Below are positions 7,499 through 15,161 of a DNA stretch of 32,000 nt, piece by piece. The DNA comes from Pseudidiomarina andamanensis. GTDB taxonomy: Bacteria > Pseudomonadota > Gammaproteobacteria > Enterobacterales > Alteromonadaceae. The translations under genes and the position numbers were made by a program. Under the pieces are notes generated by a model, which was not told the origin of the DNA, did no database searches, and saw nothing but the letters and a program-made list of their open reading frames with translations. Position 1 is the first letter of the stretch; each line of letters begins with the position of its first letter. The stretch lies in NCBI RefSeq assembly GCF_009734345.1, contig NZ_CP032551.1:780001-812000 (forward strand), read 5' to 3'.

Positions 7499-7940
7499 CA
7501 AGAGAACACTGTAAGCAGCGTTCCTTACCGGTGATTAACTTCGAAATGCCATTACGATTGCGGGCAAAGAACAAATAGCCTTTGTCCGCAAACCATTTCA
7601 CAATAGGCCAGCGCAGCATTGCCGTCATCCAGCCGCGCCCAACGGCGGACCACGCTGCATGGGTCACATCTAAGCCATAAATCATGTCACCATTTGCCTT
7701 TTGACCATGCAAGATGCGGTTGGCTTCGGCCACATCAATATGCGGATAGCGCTCAGCAAAATCAACTTCCCAAATATTCTCAAACTTAAGTTGCTGCCGT
7801 TTATCCTTCGCTTTTAAATGCTTCATCTCTTTCACGCACAGCGGACATCCGCCATCGTAAAAAAGAATAAGTTGTGTCGCCACGAGCACCTCTTTGCGTC
7901 GTTGATTTATTATCAAAGTATACGTTATTTCCGTCCCCAC
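7491..7940 (-). CDS. Thiol-disulfide oxidoreductase, DCC family (DUF393)
   Basis: LILFYDGGCPLCVKEM matches the DCC-family CxxC signature; 149 aa. Confidence 0.8.
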   Translation of the reverse strand: MGTEITYTLIINQRRKEVLVATQLILFYDGGCPLCVKEMKHLKAKDKRQQLKFENIWEVDFAERYPHIDVAEANRILHGQKANGDMIYGLDVTHAAWSAVGRGWMTAMLRWPIVKWFADKGYLFFARNRNGISKLITGKERCLQCSLDE

Positions 7941-7953
7941 CGATCACTGCAAA

Positions 7954-7985
7954 GGAGGGGTGCAGTCCAAGGACTGCACCCCTCC
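7954..7985. repeat. GC-rich palindromic repeat, copy 2
   Basis: GGAGGGGTGCAGTCC-AA-GGACTGCACCCCTCC, perfect 15-nt arms, downstream of the OmpW-family gene. Confidence 0.75.
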
Positions 7986-8008
7986 TCTTTCGTCACTATT
8001 TTCTAAGC

Positions 8009-8707
8009 TTAGAAGGTGTAGCGCACACCCACCATCGCCACAGTTGGGTCAATTTCAACTGCAACACGTTCAATCGTTGTGCCATTCAAACGAACGTCGG
8101 CATCGGTGTCGATGTCCATTTTCGATACCATCACATGCACGCCCAACTCGTCCGTTAACTTCCAGTTCAGGCCCGCTTGTAGCGCGTAACCGAAGCTGTC
8201 TGACAGTGCCAAGTCGACATGGTCACCAGCAGTTGCAACACCTAGTGCACCAAGAGTAGTAACCAGTTCATTCGAAACCTTATCTTCAAAGAACGTGGTG
8301 TAGTTCAAGCCGAATCCAACGAACGGCTTCACATTGCCTGAACCGATATCAAAGTGATACTGCGCTAACAACGTCGGCGGTAAATGTTTGGTTTCACCAA
8401 TCTTCATGCCAGCTAACACCCCAGTACCATGAATTTCGTGGGTAAATGGTGTTGCTGCGACTAATTCTAACGTCCAATTGTTCGTCATTTTGTAGTCGAT
8501 GGTAATGCCAAGTTGCGTATTATTATCGACCGTTACGCCGGTGCTTCCGTTTTCAAACCCTGCGATAGATTCAACCACTGGAAGGTTCGAGCTACTATCA
8601 CTTGGCATAACGCCAATGGCGCCAACATTAACGCTAAACGTATCAGCGTACGCCGGTGCTGCGCCAATAATGGCGACTAAACTACAAACTAATAATGACT
8701 TTTTCAT
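8009..8707 (-). CDS. ompW: OmpW-family outer membrane protein
   Basis: Signal peptide ending AYA, alternating beta-strand pattern and C-terminal ...VGVRYTF. The length (232 aa) and motifs fit OmpW/AlkL. Confidence 0.75.
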   Translation of the reverse strand: MKKSLLVCSLVAIIGAAPAYADTFSVNVGAIGVMPSDSSSNLPVVESIAGFENGSTGVTVDNNTQLGITIDYKMTNNWTLELVAATPFTHEIHGTGVLAGMKIGETKHLPPTLLAQYHFDIGSGNVKPFVGFGLNYTTFFEDKVSNELVTTLGALGVATAGDHVDLALSDSFGYALQAGLNWKLTDELGVHVMVSKMDIDTDADVRLNGTTIERVAVEIDPTVAMVGVRYTF

Positions 8708-8820
8708 ACAGCTCTCCTTAGTAATTTCCGCACATTTTATAGGGTCACTCCTTGAATAAATTGATCCCGATCAATAAACGTAACCACAAGAAAAACAGGG
8801 GTATTTTAGAGGGCTGGCAA

Positions 8821-8836
8821 TACCACCAAGGTGGTA
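8821..8836. repeat. Small palindrome TACCACC-AA-GGTGGTA next to repeat copy 3
   Basis: Seen directly. It shares the CCAAGG centre of the main repeat family. Confidence 0.4.
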
Positions 8837-8839
8837 CGA

Positions 8840-8871
8840 GGAGGGGTGCAGTCCTAGGACTGCACCCCTCC
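8840..8871. repeat. GC-rich palindromic repeat, copy 3 (centre CCTAGG)
   Basis: GGAGGGGTGCAGTCC-TA-GGACTGCACCCCTCC, lying in a divergent intergenic region. In this copy it cannot simply be a terminator. Confidence 0.75.
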
Positions 8872-8912
8872 TTTCTCTATAATCAATGGAACCAAACAAG
8901 AGGAAATGCGAA

Positions 8913-9164
8913 ATGAAACTGACTGTCGATATCAGCAAATATCCGTTAGCTGAGAATTACAAAGACCCAATTCGCGAGTTTATTGATGAATTGGAAAAAC
9001 ACCCTAACATTCACATCATCACCAATACGCTCAGCACGCAGGTGTTTGGTGATTACGATGACGTGATGGAAGCCATACAGGCTTGTATTAAATGGTCATT
9101 CAATAAATACGGCAAAGTCGTATTCGTATGTAAGTTCCTTCACGGCGATCTTCGCCCAGAATAA
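8913..9164 (+). CDS. YkoF/MTH1187-like small ligand-binding protein (single domain)
   Basis: 83 aa starting MKLTVDISKYPLAENY...VMEAIQACI...VVFVCKFLHG, which resembles the YkoF/DUF77 pattern. ATG 8913 was chosen because GAGGAA lies ~8 nt upstream. Confidence 0.5.
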   Translation: MKLTVDISKYPLAENYKDPIREFIDELEKHPNIHIITNTLSTQVFGDYDDVMEAIQACIKWSFNKYGKVVFVCKFLHGDLRPE

Positions 9165-9195
9165 GAGACGTGCAGTCCAAGGACTGCACCCCACC
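9165..9195. repeat. GC-rich palindromic repeat, copy 4 (left arm degenerate)
   Basis: GAGACGTGCAGTCC-AA-GGACTGCACCCCACC, immediately after the stop codon. Confidence 0.65.
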
Positions 9196-9297
9196 TTTCT
9201 CAATCACAATATCTTACAAATCAGTCTATTGCCTAGACGTCGTATCCCCACATAAACTGCAATCGAAGCTCCCCAAAATGACAACAAGGAAAATCTC

Positions 9298-9921
9298 GTG
9301 AATAAATGGACAAAATGCGCGTTAGCAGTCGCCTTAGCTACCTCATCAACCTTGGCTTTTGCTCAAACAGCAAGTTCGCCGAGTTTTGATTTTATCAGTG
9401 GCGGTTATTTAAGTGCTGATTATGAGGATGAATCAGTCAACGGTTTCACTGCTTCATTCAGCCAATCTTTCGGAAACGATTGGTTCGTTACCGCTGATTA
9501 CATGACAGCATCTGAAGATTATGAAGAAGCATTAATGGATGACATTATTTATCGTGCTAAAGCTGAGATTTCGCGCTTGTACGGAAACGTGGGTTATAAA
9601 TTTTATAACGAGGGTAATACCACAGCTTATGTTTCTGGTGGTCTCGCGTGGGTTGAAGCCGTTATCAAAACCGATACATTCGGAGATTTCGGTGCTGATG
9701 AGACAGGCTGGAACCTAAAGGTTGGTGTTCGTAATCGCTTTACTGATTCGCTCGAGGTCGACGCCAGTATTCGCCACTACGATGTTGGCAACCTTGACAG
9801 TCAGGAAATCAGCGTAGCCGGACGTTACTTCATCAATTCAAATGTCAGCGTTGGTCTTGGTTACAGCATTGTTAGTAGCGAAGAGAATCATACTTTCTTA
9901 ACTGCTTCATATCATTGGTAA
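9298..9921 (+). CDS. Outer-membrane beta-barrel protein (OMP_b-brl type)
   Basis: GTG start and signal peptide MNKWTKCALAVALATSSTLAFAQ. It has amphipathic strand periodicity and an aromatic C-terminus ...TASYHW. Confidence 0.65.
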   Translation: MNKWTKCALAVALATSSTLAFAQTASSPSFDFISGGYLSADYEDESVNGFTASFSQSFGNDWFVTADYMTASEDYEEALMDDIIYRAKAEISRLYGNVGYKFYNEGNTTAYVSGGLAWVEAVIKTDTFGDFGADETGWNLKVGVRNRFTDSLEVDASIRHYDVGNLDSQEISVAGRYFINSNVSVGLGYSIVSSEENHTFLTASYHW

Positions 9922-9925
9922 AAAT

Positions 9926-9956
9926 AAGGGTGCAGTCCAAGGACTGCACCCCACCT
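9926..9956. repeat. GC-rich palindromic repeat, copy 5
   Basis: AAGGGTGCAGTCC-AA-GGACTGCACCCCACC, directly downstream of the OMP gene. Confidence 0.65.
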
Positions 9957-10005
9957 CTGCCGCATGTTAAACTGGGTGCATTGACTCAACAACAAGGTTG
10001 AAAAC

Positions 10006-11448
10006 ATGCCTTTTAGTCCACTTCCTTTTAACCCAGAACACAGCTACCAAGATTTATCTGACCAGTTATTCGCACCATGCGAAGCAACGCCAGTGCGCGC
10101 GCCGCAGTGGATAGCGTTTAACGAAGACTTGGCAGAACAGTTGCAGATTCCACAAGAACTATGGGCAACGGACGAAGGTTTGCAGGTATTTTCGGGTAAC
10201 CAAACACCTGAATGGGCAACACCGGCAGCTCTTGCTTACGCTGGGCATCAATTTGCCAATTTTGTACCACAGCTTGGCGATGGTCGAGCACTGTTACTCA
10301 CAGAAGTACTCGACAAGCACAATCAGCGCTTCGACATTCAGCTCAAAGGTTCAGGCCGCACGCCATATTCACGCGGCGGTGACGGTCGCTCGCCTATTGG
10401 CCCAGTACTCCGTGAATACCTAGTCAGCGAAGCCATGCACAAACTCAATGTGCCGACCACACGGGCATTAGCTGCGGTGGCAACCGGTGAATGGGTGCAA
10501 CGCGAAACCGCGCAGCCCGGCGCCATTCTCACGCGCGTTGCTAAAAGTCATCTAAGAGTTGGCACCGCGCAGTATGTGTTGCATCTACGAGATTACAACC
10601 TGCTCAAGCGCTTCGCCGATTACGTCATTGACCGTCATTATCCTGAACTCAACAATAGCGAAGCGCCCTACCTTGCCTTACTGGAGAGCGTTCAGCTCCG
10701 ACAAGCACAGCTCATCGCCAAATGGATGAGCCTTGGTTTCATTCATGGCGTGATGAACACCGACAATATGACCCTTAGCGGCGAAACCATTGATTATGGC
10801 CCATGTGCGTTCATGGAAGCCTATGAACCCGCCACCAAATTCAGTTTTATTGACAAGCGCGGACGCTACGCCTATCAAAACCAACCTGCGATTGGCTTGT
10901 GGAATATCGCTCGATTTGCCGAAACATTACTGCCGCTCATAGATGACGATCCTGACAAAGCGGTCGCGCAAGCTACCACGACCATTGAAACTTTCCAAGC
11001 GACCTACGAAGACTTTTATTGGAAAGAAATGAGTCGCAAGATCGGCGTTAGCGACATCAATACCGCAAAACCACTTATCGAACGCTATTTAAACCTCATG
11101 CAAGCGCAGCAAATCGACTTCACTCAAGCGTTCCGCTTTTTAGGTGACCAAACGCCAGAGCGCGCGCAACGCCTATTCGAAAATAGCGATTCATGGCAAC
11201 TTTGGTTCAACGACTGGCAAGAGGCGACTGATAACAGTCAACTTCATCAAGTGAACCCAGCATATATTCCGCGTAATCACTTAATCGAACAAGCCATTCA
11301 AACGGCTACGAATCACGGCGATTTAACTATTTTTAACCGTTTGCAAACCATGCTTGCTCGCCCTTTTATCGAACGCGACGAATTCAATGATTGGTTTGAA
11401 CCGGCGAAATCTGAGGAGCGAATTACGCAAACCTTCTGTGGTACTTGA
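10006..11448 (+). CDS. selO: Protein adenylyltransferase (AMPylase) SelO/YdiU
   Basis: 480 aa with SelO pseudokinase-fold hallmarks: GDGRALLL, QLKGSGRTPYSRGGDGR, REYLVSEAMH.L.VPTTRALA, HGVMNTDNM...ETIDYGP. Confidence 0.9.
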   Translation: MPFSPLPFNPEHSYQDLSDQLFAPCEATPVRAPQWIAFNEDLAEQLQIPQELWATDEGLQVFSGNQTPEWATPAALAYAGHQFANFVPQLGDGRALLLTEVLDKHNQRFDIQLKGSGRTPYSRGGDGRSPIGPVLREYLVSEAMHKLNVPTTRALAAVATGEWVQRETAQPGAILTRVAKSHLRVGTAQYVLHLRDYNLLKRFADYVIDRHYPELNNSEAPYLALLESVQLRQAQLIAKWMSLGFIHGVMNTDNMTLSGETIDYGPCAFMEAYEPATKFSFIDKRGRYAYQNQPAIGLWNIARFAETLLPLIDDDPDKAVAQATTTIETFQATYEDFYWKEMSRKIGVSDINTAKPLIERYLNLMQAQQIDFTQAFRFLGDQTPERAQRLFENSDSWQLWFNDWQEATDNSQLHQVNPAYIPRNHLIEQAIQTATNHGDLTIFNRLQTMLARPFIERDEFNDWFEPAKSEERITQTFCGT

Positions 11449-11552
11449 CGTAAAGCCTAAAATACAAATTGTTACGCTCAATATTGGCAAATTTGTGACG
11501 AATTCAATATGCTAACCAAAGGAATAAAAACTACGATTAAGGACGTTAAACC

Positions 11553-11921
11553 ATGTCAGATTTTAACCACGAAACATCATCAATTAATAATATTGCCGCG
11601 CAACAATTAGCGGCCAACAAACAATACACGCAAATTATTTACATATTACAGTTGGTGTCATTGATATTCGGTATTACGTCTATTATTGGCGTAGTGATGA
11701 ACTACGTGAAGTTAAGTGAAGTACGCGGCACATTTCTGGAATCACACTTCCGCTGGCAAATCCGTACGTTTTGGTTCGTTTTACTGTGGACGGTTATAGG
11801 CGGAATTCTAACGATGGTGGGAATTGGAGTATTGATACTTCTGGCAGTTGCCGTTTGGTACATCTATCGCGCGGTTAAAGGCTTAAATGCTTTGAGTACA
11901 AATCGACCGATGTATATATAA
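11553..11921 (+). CDS. Small integral membrane protein (DUF4870-like)
   Basis: 122 aa with 3 predicted TM helices. The motif SHFRWQIRTFWF is as I remember for the DUF4870 family. Confidence 0.6.
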   Translation: MSDFNHETSSINNIAAQQLAANKQYTQIIYILQLVSLIFGITSIIGVVMNYVKLSEVRGTFLESHFRWQIRTFWFVLLWTVIGGILTMVGIGVLILLAVAVWYIYRAVKGLNALSTNRPMYI

Positions 11922-11928
11922 CTCGGAG

Positions 11929-11959
11929 AAAACGAAGTGCAGATCAATCCTGCACTTCG
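11929..11959 (-). terminator. Rho-independent terminator of ychJ (hairpin overlaps its last codons)
   Basis: The 10-bp stem CGAAGTGCAG / CTGCACTTCG (loop ATCAATC) is followed on the minus strand by TTTTCTCC. Confidence 0.6.
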
Positions 11960-12327
11960 CCCTCTAAGTAATACCAGCGCCCGTCTTCACGCACAAAATG
12001 TGACTGCTCTTCCATCACGCCAATGTCGTCGTCGATTTGAAAATAAGCTTTGAAGTGCACGTAGCCCCGATTGCCGTGGGTACCGGTGGCAATCAGCTGT
12101 AGCTGCAACCATTGCGGGTTGTCATCTAACGAGAAATTCTTAGGTAAGGTGCTTGGATGCCAGCTTGTGGCAACATAATCAGCTAACCCTCGTGCATAGG
12201 CACTATAACGCGAACGCATCAGCTCTTCAGGTGTGCGCGGCAGCGCTTTCCTCAAATGAAAAGGCTCGCAACATTTGGCGTATTTCCCGCCACCGCACGG
12301 GCATTTTTTACCGAGTGGTTTATTCAT
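11944..12327 (-). CDS. ychJ: YchJ-family protein (UPF0225, SEC-C motif)
   Basis: From ATG 12327: [23 protein letters not shown]...[10 protein letters not shown]..., matching the YchJ N-terminal SEC-C-like motif and core. This start overlaps the rluF stop (ATGAATAA), which suggests coupling. The upstream 49 codons of the track ORF are antisense to nothing meaningful and overlap rluF. Confidence 0.8.
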   Translation of the reverse strand: MNKPLGKKCPCGGGKYAKCCEPFHLRKALPRTPEELMRSRYSAYARGLADYVATSWHPSTLPKNFSLDDNPQWLQLQLIATGTHGNRGYVHFKAYFQIDDDIGVMEEQSHFVREDGRWYYLEGEVQD

Positions 12328-13273
12328 ATGGCCACCCCTTCTTGCGCGTACGATTTTCTTTCGATGGTTTTTGCTCTGAACGCTTAGGACCGTTCCTCTT
12401 CGCTCGATCAGCCGATTCAGAACGAGTTCCAGCACCAGAGCGTTGTCTGCGATCCTCACGGCGCTGGCCACCACTCGCGCCCGGTGGCCGTTGTGGTTTG
12501 GGTCGACGACTCTTATGCCCTTCAGGCGCTAAGCCACTAGAATGTTCAATTGAAGCCATGAGTTCGCCGAGTTCGCGCTCGGTTAAATTACGCCATTGCC
12601 CAACCTGCAAAGCACCAAGGCGAATATTCATGATGCGTGTGCGTTCAAGCTTGCGAACTTCATAGCCAAAGTGCTCACACATGCGGCGAATCTGACGGTT
12701 CATGCCTTCAATGAGCGTTAAACGAAAAACAAATGTCGATAACTGCTCTACTTTGCAACGTTTCGTCATGGTGCCAAGAATCGGTACGCCATTCGCCATA
12801 CCGCGAATAAAATCAGGTGTAATTGGACGGTGAACGGTGACCACGTATTCTTTTTCGTGTTTATTACCAGCACGTAAGATCTTATTAACCAAATCACCAT
12901 TGCTGGTTAGAAAAATCAGACCTTGTGAATCTTTATCTAAGCGACCAATCGGGAAAATTCGTTCTTTGTGGCCAACAAACTTCTGAATGTTGTTTCGCTC
13001 AGCTGAGTCTGTTGTACTCACCACACCAACTGGTTTGTTAAGCGCAATAAATACAAACTTTTCTTTATTCTGTGCCGCCACTAAGCGTCCATTGACGCGA
13101 ACTTCATCGCCTGCACCAACTTTATCGCCAACCACCGCTTTGCGGCCATTCAGAGTAACCTGTCCTTGTTCAATGAATCGATCCGCTTCACGACGCGAAC
13201 ACATGCCGCTTTCGCTTATGAATTTGTTTAGGCGAACGGCTTCACGCTGTTTAGTGGATTGGTTTGGCTGCAT
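12320..13273 (-). CDS. rluF: 23S rRNA pseudouridine synthase F
   Basis: An S4 domain ([27 protein letters not shown]) plus the catalytic [12 protein letters not shown]. It is collinear with E. coli RluF as I recall it, including the basic C-terminal tail. Confidence 0.9.
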   Translation of the reverse strand: MQPNQSTKQREAVRLNKFISESGMCSRREADRFIEQGQVTLNGRKAVVGDKVGAGDEVRVNGRLVAAQNKEKFVFIALNKPVGVVSTTDSAERNNIQKFVGHKERIFPIGRLDKDSQGLIFLTSNGDLVNKILRAGNKHEKEYVVTVHRPITPDFIRGMANGVPILGTMTKRCKVEQLSTFVFRLTLIEGMNRQIRRMCEHFGYEVRKLERTRIMNIRLGALQVGQWRNLTERELGELMASIEHSSGLAPEGHKSRRPKPQRPPGASGGQRREDRRQRSGAGTRSESADRAKRNGPKRSEQKPSKENRTRKKGWPYE

Positions 13274-13380
13274 GGCTTTACAATTACCTTGATCGACTGA
13301 ATTTACCCGCGCAGTTTATCAGATTGTCAGCATAAGCATGAAACAAAAGACGACATTGCCTGCTAGCACTTTAACCCTAA

Positions 13381-13398
13381 TGGTGTATATTTACACCA
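13381..13398. promoter_or_regulatory. Inverted repeat TGGTGTA-TATT-TACACCA, likely ParD operator / parDE promoter
   Basis: A perfect 7-bp IR 29 nt upstream of the parD ATG. It overlaps a TATATT -10-like hexamer. Confidence 0.45.
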
Positions 13399-13426
13399 GC
13401 AACAATATTAAAGTGAGCCCTTAAAA

Positions 13427-13657
13427 ATGACCCGACAAAGCATTACGTTAACTGAAAAAAACGATCAGTGGCTACGCGAACACGTTGATATAACAGGCGA
13501 ATACGCTAGTAAGAGTGAATTAATTAACGATTTAATTCGTCGTGCGCGTCGTTCTGAAGCAATTAATTATAAACTTCAACAAGCCGAAACAAGCGGATTT
13601 ACAGATCAATCGGCAGATGAAATTTTAACCGAATTTAAGCAGGCACTGAGAAAATAA
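13427..13657 (+). CDS. parD: Type II antitoxin, ParD family (RHH)
   Basis: 76 aa starting MTRQSITLTEKNDQWLREHV..GEYASKSELINDLIRR, which is ParD/COG3609-like. It lies 3 nt upstream of the toxin gene. Confidence 0.85.
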   Translation: MTRQSITLTEKNDQWLREHVDITGEYASKSELINDLIRRARRSEAINYKLQQAETSGFTDQSADEILTEFKQALRK

Positions 13658-13660
13658 CGG

Positions 13661-13963
13661 GTGGCTTCATACAAGCTATCCAATGCGGCTAAGGAAGATC
13701 TGCGGCGAATATACGCGTACGGCCTAGCAACTTTCGGTGAACAAGCTGCCGATGATTATTTCTATAAATTTTTCGAGACCTTCGAACGTATCGCTGAGAA
13801 CCCTTTTCAGTTACCGGCTGTTTATGACGTTCGTCAGGGTTATCGGCGCGGCGTATGTGGTGTTGATAGCATCTATTATCGCATTAACGAATCGATAGAT
13901 AATATATCAGTAGTAGAAATCATCGCCATCCTTGGCGGTCAAGATTTAGAATCTTGGCTCTAG
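13661..13963 (+). CDS. parE: Type II toxin, ParE/RelE family
   Basis: 100 aa with a GTG start. The pattern YKLSNAAKEDLRRIYAYG...ENPF...GYRRGVCGVDSIYYRI...VVEIIAILG is typical ParE. Confidence 0.85.
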   Translation: MASYKLSNAAKEDLRRIYAYGLATFGEQAADDYFYKFFETFERIAENPFQLPAVYDVRQGYRRGVCGVDSIYYRINESIDNISVVEIIAILGGQDLESWL

Positions 13964-15156
13964 TCTTGTGGTACGCGTACCCAACCTTCCATGAGTACAC
14001 GGGCACTGCGGCTCATAATCGCCTTTGTGACCGTCCATACACCGTTCACTTGCTTGGCTTCGGCACCAACACGCAAGGTGCCTGACGGATGACCAAAGAC
14101 CACTTGGTTACGATCACCACCACCAGCAGCTAAATTGACCAAAGTGCCAGGTACCGCTGCGGCGGTAGCGATTGCGACTGCTGCTGTACCCATCATGGCA
14201 TGGTGTAATTTGCCCATCGACATGGCCCGAACTAGCACGTCGATATCACCTGCATTGATGGCTTTACCACTTGATGACACGTAATCAGCCGGTGGTGCAA
14301 CAAACGCAATCTTCGGTGTGTGCTGGCGTGACGCCGCTTCTTCAATGGATGAAATTAAACCCATTTTCAATGCGCCGTGTGCGCGCAACGTTTCAAACTT
14401 CATTAGTGCGTCGGCGTTTTCGTTGATAGCGCCCTGAAGCTCTGTGCCGGTGTAGCCAATATCGGCTGCATTCACAAAAATAGTCGGAATGCCGGCATCA
14501 ATGAAAGTCGCTTGCAACTTACCAAAACCAGGTACTTCAAATTCATCAACGACGTTACCGGTTGGGAACATAGAGCTGCCCTTTCCGCTCACATCAGCGT
14601 CTTCATCTGAAGCTGGGTCCATAAACTCAACCTGTACTTCGGCTGCTGGGAAGGTCACTCCGTCCAGTTCAAAGTCACCAGTTTCTTGCACTTCACCGTT
14701 CGTGATCGGCACATGCGCAATAATGGTTTTCTGAATATTCGCTTGCCAGATACGCACCACACAGGTGCCGTTTTCCGGAATGCGAGAAGCATCAACTAAC
14801 CCATTGCTGATAGCAAACGAGCCAACCGCTGCAGTTAAGTTCCCGCAGTTACCGCTCCAATCAATAAATGGTTTATCAATCGACACTTGGCCAAATAAAT
14901 AATCCACATCGTGGTCGGCACGTGAACTGCGCGACAAAATCACCGTTTTACTGGTGCTTGACGTTGCGCCGCCCATACCGTCAGTGTGTTTGCCATAAGG
15001 ATCTGGGCTACCAATGACGCGTAGTAACAGTTTATCGCGCGCAGGCCCCGGTGTTTGTGCCGCTTGCGGTAAGTCATCAAGTTTAAAAAACACCCCTTTC
15101 GAGGTGCCGCCACGCATATACGTGGCGGCAATTTTCAGTTGTGGAGGGAAAACCAT
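13960..15156 (-). CDS. prpF: 2-methylaconitate cis-trans isomerase
   Basis: 398 aa with N-terminus IAATYMRGGTSKGVFF typical of PrpF. It sits directly downstream of acnD. Confidence 0.9.
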   Translation of the reverse strand: MVFPPQLKIAATYMRGGTSKGVFFKLDDLPQAAQTPGPARDKLLLRVIGSPDPYGKHTDGMGGATSSTSKTVILSRSSRADHDVDYLFGQVSIDKPFIDWSGNCGNLTAAVGSFAISNGLVDASRIPENGTCVVRIWQANIQKTIIAHVPITNGEVQETGDFELDGVTFPAAEVQVEFMDPASDEDADVSGKGSSMFPTGNVVDEFEVPGFGKLQATFIDAGIPTIFVNAADIGYTGTELQGAINENADALMKFETLRAHGALKMGLISSIEEAASRQHTPKIAFVAPPADYVSSSGKAINAGDIDVLVRAMSMGKLHHAMMGTAAVAIATAAAVPGTLVNLAAGGGDRNQVVFGHPSGTLRVGAEAKQVNGVWTVTKAIMSRSARVLMEGWVRVPQD

Positions 15157-15161
15157 GGCGA

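Noticed and set aside
4069-9956. The five palindromic repeats as a CRISPR array
   Set aside because: Spacing is irregular (0.3 to 3.9 kb) and the intervals are full-length genes. The repeats are perfect palindromes with variable flanks, and no cas genes are present. They are not a CRISPR array.
12320-12560. Long Arg/Lys-rich C-terminal extension of RluF as an unusual fusion
   Set aside because: E. coli RluF, as I recall it, also ends in a long basic Lys/Arg-rich tail, so this is a normal family feature.
12153-12665. 170-aa plus-strand ORF overlapping ychJ and the rluF tail
   Set aside because: It is antisense to two recognisable genes. Its composition is dominated by Arg/Ser/Pro from the complement of the basic RluF tail.
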